From: Bacteroidaceae bacterium
GTDB lineage: Bacteria; Bacteroidota; Bacteroidia; Bacteroidales; Bacteroidaceae
Direction: 5' to 3'
Length of the DNA: 64,000 bases
Assembly (NCBI GenBank): GCA_017517605.1
Contig: JAFWYQ010000086.1
Coordinates: 13,114 to 77,113 of the forward strand
Shown one piece after another: positions 9,197 to 18,428 of this stretch. The first letter of the stretch is position 1. Each line of letters begins with the position of its first letter. The notes below the pieces were generated by a model. The model saw nothing but the letters and a program-made list of their open reading frames with translations. It did not search any database and had not been told where the DNA came from. The position numbers and the translations under genes are program-made.

Positions 9197-10489
9197 CTAT
9201 TCCTTTACCGTACTGTAGGTGATTCGCAATGCCCACGCTTTACGGAGCGTGTCTTTCAGTTTGGTGATACTTTCCGTGGGAACTTGTGGAGATACCTTTA
9301 TGTTTATGCATAGGTAGGGATTCTCCTCTTCGGTGAGGTTGTCGCGGAAGGAATAGACATAGTTGTAGATGTCGTCCAGCGTGCCGGCTTTCATCGATAC
9401 TCCCCATTTCCCGTAGGTGTAGTTCCCTTCGTTGTCGATGTGTACGGCGAAGGATGCCTTTTCGGTGAGGGCTTCTGCCGTCCCGGTTACGGAGATGGTG
9501 TCGAACGAACCGCTTACTGCCGACCCGGTTATGCTGATGGGTTCAGCCTTCCCTGTTACGGTAAGGGGATTCTCGTCGGAGGAGTCGGAACACGAGCTTG
9601 CGGCAAAAGCCGTCATCCACATGCCAGCGAGAGGCAGGGCGGCCAGCAGGTAGAGTTTGCGCCACGGAGTGGTCTTTTCTTTTTTCATCATAATAATTCT
9701 TTTTTTAAGATTAAACTCCAGCGGACATGCCAATGCATAGGCCTCTACACCGACACAGCGCTTCAGTAATTGGATTTGATATAGTTTCGGAAGTATATCC
9801 ATGTTGTGCAATACGTATTCGTCGGCTTCGTACTCGTGGACCGTCTTCAGCTCCTTCAGCAGGAGCCACGCGGCGGGATTCACCAGGGCGCAGAGGCATA
9901 CCAGCAGCAGGTCGATGAAGTGGCAGTTACGCACGTGTCCCATTTCGTGCCAGAAGCCGATGTTCTGCCGGTAGTCCTTCTCTTGGGTGGAGACCACGAT
10001 GCAGTTCATCCAACTGAAAGGGCTGTAGGAGCGGTCGTGCACCACCAACCGTACCCAGTCACCCAAGCGGTGCGATGGGCATTGCTTGATGAAGTGCTGC
10101 AACTTCCAGGTTGAGTGTATCCAATTGCCGGCCATGACAAGCAGGTAGCAGAGGTAACCGATGGAGAGCAGCAGAGGAATGAACTGGGTGAACGAAACAC
10201 CCTCTTGTACAGCAGCTTTCGCATCTCCACTTATAATATCCGTTTCACCCGTCAGCACTGTTTCGGTCAGTTGTATGTAGCTGACCAGCTCGCTTTCGCT
10301 TGTGCCCCACACTTCGGGCAGTATTTCCCAACGGCATAGGGGGAGCAGGGCCGAGAGGGGCAGTATGCCCAACAGCACCATGCGGTTGAAGCGGTGGAAG
10401 GTGCTGCCTGTCAGGAAGCACTTGTAGATGAGCAGGAACGACATCAGTGTCGCGGCCCATTCGATGAGGTATAGTGTGAGTGTTGCCAT
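9197..10489 (-). CDS. BlaR1/MecR1-like M56 metallopeptidase with ExbD-like C-terminal domain
   Basis: TFHRFNR, PFSWMN, HEMGH zinc motif, HEYEAD, LKKRIIMM; C-terminus INIKVS...ITKLKDTLRKAWALRITYS; next to BlaI. Confidence 0.88.
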   Translation of the reverse strand: MATLTLYLIEWAATLMSFLLIYKCFLTGSTFHRFNRMVLLGILPLSALLPLCRWEILPEVWGTSESELVSYIQLTETVLTGETDIISGDAKAAVQEGVSFTQFIPLLLSIGYLCYLLVMAGNWIHSTWKLQHFIKQCPSHRLGDWVRLVVHDRSYSPFSWMNCIVVSTQEKDYRQNIGFWHEMGHVRNCHFIDLLLVCLCALVNPAAWLLLKELKTVHEYEADEYVLHNMDILPKLYQIQLLKRCVGVEAYALACPLEFNLKKRIIMMKKEKTTPWRKLYLLAALPLAGMWMTAFAASSCSDSSDENPLTVTGKAEPISITGSAVSGSFDTISVTGTAEALTEKASFAVHIDNEGNYTYGKWGVSMKAGTLDDIYNYVYSFRDNLTEEENPYLCINIKVSPQVPTESITKLKDTLRKAWALRITYSTVKE

Positions 10490-10493
10490 ACAT

Positions 10494-10853
10494 TTATTTC
10501 TTTTCAATCAGTTCAATCAATTCCCTCAACTCATCGATGCTGATTTCCTCTTCCTCCACCAACTTCGAGATGAATCCCATGTACGAGCCGCCGAAGGCTT
10601 TGTCCACCAGGTCGCGTTGGGCATAGTTCTGATACTCGTCTCGTGTCACGGCCGCTTCGTAGAGGTAAACCTTCAGGCTGACGGCACGGTGCTTCACCAT
10701 GCCATGCTCCTCCAAACGCCGTATCATGGTGGAGATGGTGTTGAAGTGCGAGCGCGGTTCGGACAGATTCTCGTACAGTTCGCGCATCCCTAAGGAACCT
10801 TTGTCCCACAGGATTTGCATCAATTCCATTTCTTTGTCAGTCAGTGTCTTCAT
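10494..10853 (-). CDS. BlaI/MecI/CopY family transcriptional repressor
   Basis: LTDKEMELMQILW...HFNTISTMIRRLEEHG...FGGSYMGFISKLV...ELRELI. Confidence 0.93.
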   Translation of the reverse strand: MKTLTDKEMELMQILWDKGSLGMRELYENLSEPRSHFNTISTMIRRLEEHGMVKHRAVSLKVYLYEAAVTRDEYQNYAQRDLVDKAFGGSYMGFISKLVEEEEISIDELRELIELIEKK

Positions 10854-10889
10854 CAGTCACGCAGTAAGTTCGTTTGATTTTTTCTGCTG

Positions 10890-10912
10890 CAAAGAAACTA
10901 CAAGTTGTAATT
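10890..10912 (-). promoter_or_regulatory. Putative BlaI-type operator overlapping the promoter
   Basis: AACTACA-agt-TGTAATT dyad (TACA/TGTA core typical of BlaI/CopY operators) overlapping a TTTCTTTG -7-like element on the minus strand. Confidence 0.6.
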
Positions 10913-11016
10913 ACCTCCAAATTCTTTTTCTTTTGTTAACGAATAATATGTAGTTGTTAACACTGGCAGGAGGAATATTGAAGTGAGGGAAAAGATTGAT
11001 ATTCGGTAAACACCAA

Positions 11017-11124
11017 TACATACAAATCTCGTTGCGGAAGACATACGTATCTCATCGATGAAGACATACGTATCTCATTGGTGAAGACATACGTATCTCA
11101 TCGGCAAGGACATACGTATCTCAT
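11017..11124. repeat. 23-bp tandem repeat (4 copies plus 1 degenerate)
   Basis: GACATACGTATCTCA at 11040, 11063, 11086, 11109, with a palindromic ATACGTAT core. Confidence 0.9.
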
Positions 11125-11259
11125 TTCGGAAGAGATTGGGAAGTCGTTTCAGGGGGGCTGCGGAAGAATCTGAAGGGAGCCTTATTTATGCAGTATCCGG
11201 TAATCACCAATATATAAAAGGCGACTTGCACTTGGGTAATTAGTTCCGCAATTGATTGC

Positions 11260-13101
11260 TCACCGTTTGTCGTCGTAATAGATGGTCCGTTGGCGGATGT
11301 CGTTGACTTTGGCCTGACTTTCGGGAGAAAGTTCCCCGTTGATGTACTGCTCCATGATGAGGGCACCGATGGGTACACCGTAGGAGGCACCGAATCCGCC
11401 GTTCTCGACATACACGGCCACGGCTATCTGCGGGTTGTCCATGGGGGCAAATCCCATGAAGATGGAGTGGTCTTTGCCACGGTTCTGTGCCGTACCCGTC
11501 TTGCCGCACACTTCGATGCCCGGCAGGTTGGCCGCGCGGCAGGTCCCGTTCAATACGGCTTCGCGCATACCTTTCACCACAATGTCGTAGTTCTTCTGCG
11601 AGGCCATGGTGTAGCGGCGGGTGGTGTAGAGCGAGTCGAGGGATTCGCCTTCGATGTCCTTTACCACGTGGGGAGTGATGAACCATCCGCGGTTGGCGAT
11701 GGTGGCACCGAGGTTGGCAATCTGCAGGGGAGTGAGGTTTACTTCGCCCTGTCCGATGGAGATGCTGATGATGGTCATGCCGTTCCACGAGCCGCGATAG
11801 GCCTTGTCGTAGTACTCTGCATTGGGGATGAGGCCGCGTTTCTCGCCCGGGAGGTCCACACCGAGGGGGTAGCCGAATCCCATGGAGACCATGTAGTCGC
11901 GCCAGCGGTTCATGGCATTCTGCACCGAGCCGTACTTGCTGCGCGCACCAATCATGTAGTAGAGTCCCCAACAATAATATGCGTTGCACGAGGTGGCCAG
12001 CGAGGGAATTACGGAGATGGGCGAGCTGTGGGCGTGACACCCTACGCGCAGACCACGATGCACGAATCCTCCGTGGCAGGGATAGGCGGTGTGCTCAGTG
12101 ATGATGCCCTCCTCAAGGAAGGTGAGGGCTTGCGAGGTCTTGAAGGTGGAGCCGGGGGGATAAGTACCCATAATGGCGCGGTTGAGCAGGGGCTTCCATC
12201 CGTCGCGCGACAGTTCCAATTGGTTGGCACCGCGCTGGCGGCCTGTCATCAGACGAGGGTCGAACGATGGTGCACTGACCATGCAGAGCACCTCGCCCGT
12301 CTTTGGCTCGATGGCTACGATGCTGCCGATTTTTCCCTCCAGCAACCGTTCGCCGAGGGCTTGCAGACGGATATCGAGACCAAGCTTTAGATTCTTTCCA
12401 GGAGTGGAGGGAATGTCCATCGCTCCGTCCATGTAGCGCCCTTGGATGCGGCCATGCACATCGCGCAGCATAATCTCCACACCCTTTTCACCACGCAGTT
12501 GTTCCTCGTAAGAGCGTTCGATACCCTGCTTGCCGATGTAGTCGCCCCGTTTGTAGTAGTCGTCGTTCTCCATCTCTTTTTTCGACACCTCGGCAATGTC
12601 GCCCAGCACGTGGGCACCCACATCGCAGGTGTATTGCCGGATGCTGCGGCGTTGTGTGTAGAAGCCGGGGAAGCGGAAAAGTTTCTCTTGAAACACCGAG
12701 AACTCTTCGCCCGAGAGTTGTGTCATCAGTGTCTGGTGGGTGTAGTATGAATAGCCGGGGGTGTGGCGCAGTTCATCCATGCGCTTTTCAAAGGATTCGC
12801 GGGTGATGCCCAGCGTCTCGCACAAGTCCAGCGTGTCGAGGTCCTCCACTTCGCGAGGGATGAAGGTGATGTCGTAGGCCGGTTGGTTATATACCAACAG
12901 ACTGTCGTTGCGGTCGTAGATGACACCGCGTGCCGGGTATTGCGTCTTCTTCAGGAAAGCATTGCTGTCGGCATGTTGCTTGTACTCGTCGCTGACAATC
13001 TGCAACGAGAAGAGACGCAGGATGTAGACAAGAACGATGCCTACCACCACGCTGGCAATGACATATTTTCTGTTTTCCAGATTGATTTTCTTGGATTTCA
13101 T
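11260..13101 (-). CDS. mrdA: Penicillin-binding protein 2
   Basis: RGVIYDRN, YPPGSTFK (SxxK), SCN (SxN), KTGTAQ; follows mreD. Confidence 0.95.
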   Translation of the reverse strand: MKSKKINLENRKYVIASVVVGIVLVYILRLFSLQIVSDEYKQHADSNAFLKKTQYPARGVIYDRNDSLLVYNQPAYDITFIPREVEDLDTLDLCETLGITRESFEKRMDELRHTPGYSYYTHQTLMTQLSGEEFSVFQEKLFRFPGFYTQRRSIRQYTCDVGAHVLGDIAEVSKKEMENDDYYKRGDYIGKQGIERSYEEQLRGEKGVEIMLRDVHGRIQGRYMDGAMDIPSTPGKNLKLGLDIRLQALGERLLEGKIGSIVAIEPKTGEVLCMVSAPSFDPRLMTGRQRGANQLELSRDGWKPLLNRAIMGTYPPGSTFKTSQALTFLEEGIITEHTAYPCHGGFVHRGLRVGCHAHSSPISVIPSLATSCNAYYCWGLYYMIGARSKYGSVQNAMNRWRDYMVSMGFGYPLGVDLPGEKRGLIPNAEYYDKAYRGSWNGMTIISISIGQGEVNLTPLQIANLGATIANRGWFITPHVVKDIEGESLDSLYTTRRYTMASQKNYDIVVKGMREAVLNGTCRAANLPGIEVCGKTGTAQNRGKDHSIFMGFAPMDNPQIAVAVYVENGGFGASYGVPIGALIMEQYINGELSPESQAKVNDIRQRTIYYDDKR

Positions 13102-13122
13102 ACAGCGGTGGCTACAAGGTGA

Positions 13123-13620
13123 TTACTTCCTGATTTGCTCGATTCCCAAAATGCATAGTCCGGTAAGGAGTACGCTGGATACTATCCTGAGCACTATCAC
13201 ATGGGGCTGCACCAACGAGAAGGTGAGGAGCAGGACAAGGGCTGTCTGGTGAAACAGCAGGCAGAACGTGAGGTAGCGGATGAACGGACTGGTACCCATG
13301 CTGAGGATGCCGGGCGAAAAGTCCTCGGCACTGTCGCGCGGAGTGAACAGGCGCAGCAACGACGGGCGCATGAAGGCCAACAGGGTGGTGGCCGCCGCAT
13401 TTACGCCTGGCGTGTTGGAAAATATGTCTACGGCCAGTCCGAGGGCAAATCCCCACAGAAGCAGCGAGTAGCGCGACATGTTGGCATCGAAAGCCAATAT
13501 CAGGTATACATACAGGACAGGAGTGGCGTAGCCGAAGAAGCTGATGTTGTTGAGGATGAGGGCCTGTACAAGGACAAGCAGCACAAACCAACCGAGTCGT
13601 CTGAGAAAAGTGATAAGCAT
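13123..13620 (-). CDS. mreD: Rod shape-determining protein MreD
   Basis: Hydrophobic protein with GFALGLAVDIFSNTPG, between mreC and mrdA; start at MLITFLRR. Confidence 0.92.
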   Translation of the reverse strand: MLITFLRRLGWFVLLVLVQALILNNISFFGYATPVLYVYLILAFDANMSRYSLLLWGFALGLAVDIFSNTPGVNAAATTLLAFMRPSLLRLFTPRDSAEDFSPGILSMGTSPFIRYLTFCLLFHQTALVLLLTFSLVQPHVIVLRIVSSVLLTGLCILGIEQIRK

Positions 13621-13636
13621 AGTGTCTGGTCCCTCC

Positions 13637-14491
13637 TTACTTTTTAGTGGATTGATTGGCTGATTGTTCCAGCGTATGTTGTTCTTGTCGGTTCTTGCCG
13701 GAAATGATGAGCGCGTCGTCAAGGCACGCAAAGTCGGTGGCCAATTGGATGCGCAACAGGTACGAGAGACCATCTTTGGAGTCGGCAATACTGTCGACCC
13801 TTCCCACCATCAGCCCTTTGGGGAAAACGGCTGAATAGCCGCTGGTGACGATGGTGTCGCCCTTCTGGAATAGGGCATGTCGGGGTACATCCTCCAGATA
13901 GGCAAAACGGGAATCCAGACCTTTCCATTTCAGGTAGCCGAAATAGTCGTTATTCTTAAACTTGCAACTGATGCAGGATTTGCTGTTTAGCAGCGAGATA
14001 GCCAACGAATAGTGCTCCGAGGTCAAGTAGATGATGCCTACGATGCCGTTGCCATTCACCACACCCATTTCAGGCATTACCCCATCGGCCGTGCCTTTGT
14101 CCAAAGTGATGTAGTTGTCCGGCCGGTTCAAGGAGTTGTTGATGATGGTGGCGGGAATGATGGTGTAGTCCTTGTCTGTCGAGGATGCGACAATGCGGTC
14201 AAACGCATCGTTGTTGCTCCTTTGTGACAGGACTTTGCGCAACAGTTGGTTTTCAACCTGCAATTCCAGATTGCGTTGTGTCAGTTGGGTGTTGGCGGTA
14301 TTCAGTTGGAAAAAAGAGGAAACCTCAGCAGAAACAGCATAAATACGCCCCATTACCCGATTGCTTGAAGTGAAACCTACACTGCCTTGGTAGTGGTTGA
14401 ACCGGAACAGTAGAAGGAAACTTGCAATTTCCAGTAACAGGAAAAGAAACCAATAACCATATTTGAGGACGAAGTTCAGCAGGTTGCGCAT
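13637..14491 (-). CDS. mreC: Rod shape-determining protein MreC
   Basis: N-terminal TM, coiled coil, ITLDKGTADGV, GIVG, GDTIVTSGYSAVFPKG. Confidence 0.95.
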   Translation of the reverse strand: MRNLLNFVLKYGYWFLFLLLEIASFLLLFRFNHYQGSVGFTSSNRVMGRIYAVSAEVSSFFQLNTANTQLTQRNLELQVENQLLRKVLSQRSNNDAFDRIVASSTDKDYTIIPATIINNSLNRPDNYITLDKGTADGVMPEMGVVNGNGIVGIIYLTSEHYSLAISLLNSKSCISCKFKNNDYFGYLKWKGLDSRFAYLEDVPRHALFQKGDTIVTSGYSAVFPKGLMVGRVDSIADSKDGLSYLLRIQLATDFACLDDALIISGKNRQEQHTLEQSANQSTKK

Positions 14492-14496
14492 AAATC

Positions 14497-14595
14497 AATG
14501 TGCTAATATGACAATGTGCTAATGTGGCAATATGTTAATGTGAATAGAATTGTAGCTATTGACACATTAGCATATTGGGCACATTGGCACATTGA
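14497..14595. repeat. 8-mer (AATGTGCT-type) array with inverted arm
   Basis: AATGTGCT/AATATGAC/AATGTGGC units followed by GCACATT units in opposite orientation. Confidence 0.85.
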
Positions 14596-14599
14596 AAAT

Positions 14600-15622
14600 T
14601 TATCTCATCAGGAAGGTGAAACGGTCCACGTTCTTCAATGCAATGCCCGTACCGCGTGCCACACTGTGCAAGGGGTCTTCGGCAATATGGAACGGAATAT
14701 TGATTTTGTCAGTCAATCGTTTGTCCAATCCCCGGAGAAGGGCACCACCACCGGCCAACCAGATACCGTTCTTAACGATGTCTGCATAGAGTTCGGGCGG
14801 AGTGTTTTCAAGGGCGCTGAGGACGGCAGTTTCTATCTTGGCAATGGTCTTGTCCAAGCAGTGTGCGATTTCCTGATAGCACACTGGAACCTCCATCGGA
14901 AGGGCCGTCACACGGTTAGGACCATACACAACGTAGTCTTCAGGTGCATTCTCGCCCAGGTCGGGGAGTGCGGAACCTACGTGAATCTTGATTCGCTCGG
15001 CCATACGCTCGCTGACTTTTACATTGTGCTGGCGACTCATGTAGGCCTGGATGTCGGCTGTGAGGTCGTCGCCTGCCGTGCGGATGGAGTTGTTGGATAC
15101 AATACCACCGAGTGAGATAACGGCGATTTCTGTAGAACCGCCACCTATATCTACAATCATGTTTCCTTCGGGAGCCTCTACGTCAATACCTACACCGATT
15201 GCAGCTGCCATCGGTTCGAAAAGCAGGTATACATCGCGTCCACCGGCATGTTCTGCACTGTCACGGACAGCACGCAGTTCCACTTCGGTACTTCCCGAAG
15301 GAACACCGATAACCATACGCAATGAAGGAGAAAAAAGGCGGCGGCCAGTGTTTACCATCTTGATAAGGCCGCGAATCATCTGTTCGCAAGCGTAGAAGTC
15401 TGCAATCACACCATTCTGCAAAGGGCGGATGGTACGGATGTCGGGATGGGTCTTTTCGTGCATCATCTTGGCCTTTCCTCCCACAGCAATCATCTTGTTG
15501 GTCTGATTCTGGAGAGCTACTACCGACGGCTCATCCACCACAATCTTTCCGTTACTGATGATGATGGTATTGGCCGTGCCAAGGTCCATCGCTATTTCTT
15601 GTGTAAAAGAGAATAATCCCAT
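14600..15622 (-). CDS. mreB: Rod shape-determining protein MreB
   Basis: AMDLGTANT, EPMAAAIG, VDIGGGSTE, AGGGALLRG actin-like motifs. Confidence 0.97.
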   Translation of the reverse strand: MGLFSFTQEIAMDLGTANTIIISNGKIVVDEPSVVALQNQTNKMIAVGGKAKMMHEKTHPDIRTIRPLQNGVIADFYACEQMIRGLIKMVNTGRRLFSPSLRMVIGVPSGSTEVELRAVRDSAEHAGGRDVYLLFEPMAAAIGVGIDVEAPEGNMIVDIGGGSTEIAVISLGGIVSNNSIRTAGDDLTADIQAYMSRQHNVKVSERMAERIKIHVGSALPDLGENAPEDYVVYGPNRVTALPMEVPVCYQEIAHCLDKTIAKIETAVLSALENTPPELYADIVKNGIWLAGGGALLRGLDKRLTDKINIPFHIAEDPLHSVARGTGIALKNVDRFTFLMR

Positions 15623-15628
15623 GTGTAT

Positions 15629-15767
15629 AATATGCTAATGTGCCAATATGCTAATATGTTGATATCTTAATATGTTAATGTGCCAATGTGCTAATGTGCC
15701 AATTGTTATTGATGTCAAATGTTTCTTTGCTCATTGACACATTAGCACATTGGTACATTAGCACATT
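15629..15767. repeat. 8-mer (AATGTGCC-type) array with inverted arm
   Basis: Same family as 14497-14595, located between purH and mreB. Confidence 0.85.
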
Positions 15768-15771
15768 CGTT

Positions 15772-17298
15772 TTAGTGTTTGAAATGACGGAATCCTGTAG
15801 TTACCATGGCGATACCGTGCTCGTTGCAGTATTGGAACGAGAGTTCGTCCTTTACTGAACCACCAGGTTGGATGACTGCAGTAATTCCTTCGTTGCCTGC
15901 AATTTCCACGCAATCGGGGAAGGGGAAGAAGGCGTCGCTGGCCATTACAGCACCATTCAAGTCGAAACCAAAACTCTTGGCCTTTTCGATAGCGTGCTTC
16001 AAGGCATCCACACGTGAAGTCTGGCCTACACCGCTGGCGCAGAGTTGCTTGTTTTTGGCAAGGACGATGGCGTTGCTCTTGCTGTTCTTTACAATCTTGT
16101 TGGCGAAGAGCATATCTTCAATTTCCTGAGCCGTAGCGGCCTTGTCGGTTACTTGCTTCAGGTCTTCGGGAGTTTCGGTCTTCAAGTCGCGGTCTTGAAC
16201 CAATACCCCGTTCAGTACTGAGCGGTACTGCTTCTTGGGCAACTGTACACCTTCCTTGCGGACAAGGATGATACGGTTCTTCTTTTGACCAAGGATTTCG
16301 AGAGCATCCACATCGTAGTCGGGAGCGATAATGATTTCGAAGAAAATCTTGTTTACCTCTTCTGCTGTCTCCTTGTCGATGACGGCGTTGGTAATCAACA
16401 CGCCTCCGAAAGCCGATACGGGATCACCAGCCAAGGCGTCCTTCCAAGCATCTACCAAAGAGGGACGTGAGGCAAGGCCGCAGGCATTGTTGTGTTTCAG
16501 GATGGCGAAAGTCACGTCGTCGAACTCGTCAATCAAATCAACGGCAGCATTGATGTCGAGCAAGTTGTTATAAGAGATTTCCTTTCCGTGAATTTGGTCG
16601 AACATGGCTTCGAAATCGCCGAAGAAAGCACCCTGCTGATGAGGGTTCTCGCCATAGCGGAGAGACTTCGGGCACTCTACGGCAGCGCGGAAGGCTGAGC
16701 CGTTCTCTCCATCGAAGTAGTTGAAGATGGCCGAGTCATAGTGTGATGATACTGCGAAAGCCTCCTTGGCAAACCAACGACGCTCTTCCAGAGTGGTTTC
16801 TGCTCCGTGGTCATTCAAAATGTCGGCCAAGGGTTGGTACTGTGCCTTGCTGGCTACGATAACTACATCCTTGAAGTTCTTGGCACCAGCGCGGATGAGT
16901 GAGATACCGCCTATGTCAATCTTCTCGATGATGGCGGGTTCCTCTGCACCTGAAGCTACGGTAGCCTCAAAGGGATAGAGGTCTACGATGACGAGGTCGA
17001 TTTCAGGGATTTCGTATTGTTCGATTTGCTTGATGTCCTCTTCCAGGTTGCGACGGCAAAGGATACCACCGAACACCTTCGGGTGCAGGGTCTTCACACG
17101 TCCGCCCAAGATGGAGGGGTATGAGGTAAGGTCTTCCACTGCATCGCAGGGATAGCCCAATGATTCAATAAACTGGCGGGTTCCTCCGGTTGACAGGAAC
17201 TTCACTCCTTCTTCATGCAGTTTGGTAATGATTTCATCCAAACCTTCCTTGTGGTAAACCGATACGAGAGCGGTTTTGATTCTTTTCGTTTCAGACAT
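15772..17298 (-). CDS. purH: Bifunctional AICAR transformylase/IMP cyclohydrolase
   Basis: STGGT, GRVKTLHP, IDIGG, LRYGENPHQ, ASDAFFPF, RHFKH; start MSETKRIK; -7 element at 17326-17333. Confidence 0.97.
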   Translation of the reverse strand: MSETKRIKTALVSVYHKEGLDEIITKLHEEGVKFLSTGGTRQFIESLGYPCDAVEDLTSYPSILGGRVKTLHPKVFGGILCRRNLEEDIKQIEQYEIPEIDLVIVDLYPFEATVASGAEEPAIIEKIDIGGISLIRAGAKNFKDVVIVASKAQYQPLADILNDHGAETTLEERRWFAKEAFAVSSHYDSAIFNYFDGENGSAFRAAVECPKSLRYGENPHQQGAFFGDFEAMFDQIHGKEISYNNLLDINAAVDLIDEFDDVTFAILKHNNACGLASRPSLVDAWKDALAGDPVSAFGGVLITNAVIDKETAEEVNKIFFEIIIAPDYDVDALEILGQKKNRIILVRKEGVQLPKKQYRSVLNGVLVQDRDLKTETPEDLKQVTDKAATAQEIEDMLFANKIVKNSKSNAIVLAKNKQLCASGVGQTSRVDALKHAIEKAKSFGFDLNGAVMASDAFFPFPDCVEIAGNEGITAVIQPGGSVKDELSFQYCNEHGIAMVTTGFRHFKH

Positions 17299-17387
17299 GT
17301 CTTGTGCTATTAAGTTATCAGGCAGCAAAAATAACAAATTTCGAGCTAATAACAGGCATGTTCTGTCAAGAAAATGATGAATATTAG

Positions 17388-18428
17388 TTATTTTAACGGA
17401 TAAGTGAACACAATGTCCTTTGTTTGGATGCTGAATGTACCCCCAAAATGCTCGATGAACAGTTGCGCAATCTTCTGACGGATGGAGTTCAGTGAGTCTT
17501 CTTCGGCATCTAAGGTCATGGGCGAATTCTTGACGGTGATGCACAGCGTTGTATTGCTTCCTTGACAAAAATCGAGAGTCAGACGTGTGCTTGATTTACT
17601 TCCGTTTTGTTCGTCGGAACCCAGACGACTTGGAGTGTCGAGCATTTCCGAAAGAATTTGTGTCAATCGGCTTACATCGGTGTGTATAATGTCGGAAGCA
17701 GTGTCGATTTTATTGTCAAAGGGAATTTCTGGTGCGGAAAATTCGCCATGCATCCTGACGATGCTGATGGCGTCCTGGCAGATTTGCGACAGGCTGTAGT
17801 CCGACAGATTGTATTTCATCATGCCCGACTCCAGACGCGACAGGTCGAGTACGGCATTTACGAGTTGTTGCAATTTCTGAGAATTATCCTGAATGGTTTC
17901 GGCTACTAATCTTACATCTTCGGAATCAATCAGTTCGGGATTGTTGGCTAACACTTCAGAGAGTCCCATCACGCTATTCAGCGGGGTGCGTATCTTGTAG
18001 CTGATGTCTTGTAGGAACTGTGCTTTGATGGTGTTGATATCCTCGGTTTGGGCGAGCAATTCTTGTGTCCTTTTTTTATTTATCTTCTCAATCCGATAGA
18101 GTTGCATAATACGCAAGGTGGAGGTGACGATGAAAAAGAAGAGGCCTCCCAATACAATAATCAGCACGCTGTAAATCAGCGAGAATGTCTTGGAGTACCT
18201 TGTCTGTATAGTTTTGGCTTGAAAAGAGGAATTGAGTTGGTTGATGAGTTCGTGATAGAACGCATTTTCCTCTGCACTTTGCAACGATAGGTAGTTGTCG
18301 TAGTGCTTGATTTTCTCTTCAAGCGGAAGGTTCGAATAGGTCTGCTCCAAACTGTCCACCACATTTATGGCCGACACGCTTTGCATCAGTCCAATGGTCA
18401 GTGCGAGTATAAGATATAATCGTTTCAT
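17388..18428 (-). CDS. Degenerate histidine kinase-like membrane protein (pseudokinase)
   Basis: Signal peptide, TM, HisKA-like FLQDISYKIRTPLN (His replaced by Tyr), VLDLSRLESG; HATPase N/G1/G2 boxes missing. Confidence 0.85.
   Translation of the reverse strand: MKRLYLILALTIGLMQSVSAINVVDSLEQTYSNLPLEEKIKHYDNYLSLQSAEENAFYHELINQLNSSFQAKTIQTRYSKTFSLIYSVLIIVLGGLFFFIVTSTLRIMQLYRIEKINKKRTQELLAQTEDINTIKAQFLQDISYKIRTPLNSVMGLSEVLANNPELIDSEDVRLVAETIQDNSQKLQQLVNAVLDLSRLESGMMKYNLSDYSLSQICQDAISIVRMHGEFSAPEIPFDNKIDTASDIIHTDVSRLTQILSEMLDTPSRLGSDEQNGSKSSTRLTLDFCQGSNTTLCITVKNSPMTLDAEEDSLNSIRQKIAQLFIEHFGGTFSIQTKDIVFTYPLK

Noticed and set aside
11017-11124. Possible CRISPR array
   Set aside because: The period is 23 bp with only about 8 variable bases, there are no unique spacers, and no cas genes are present.
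17299-17568. N-terminal extension of PurH in the ORF track (likewise MreD, DUF418 and catalase extensions)
   Set aside because: These overlap neighbouring genes or promoters. Downstream ATGs match the family N-termini.
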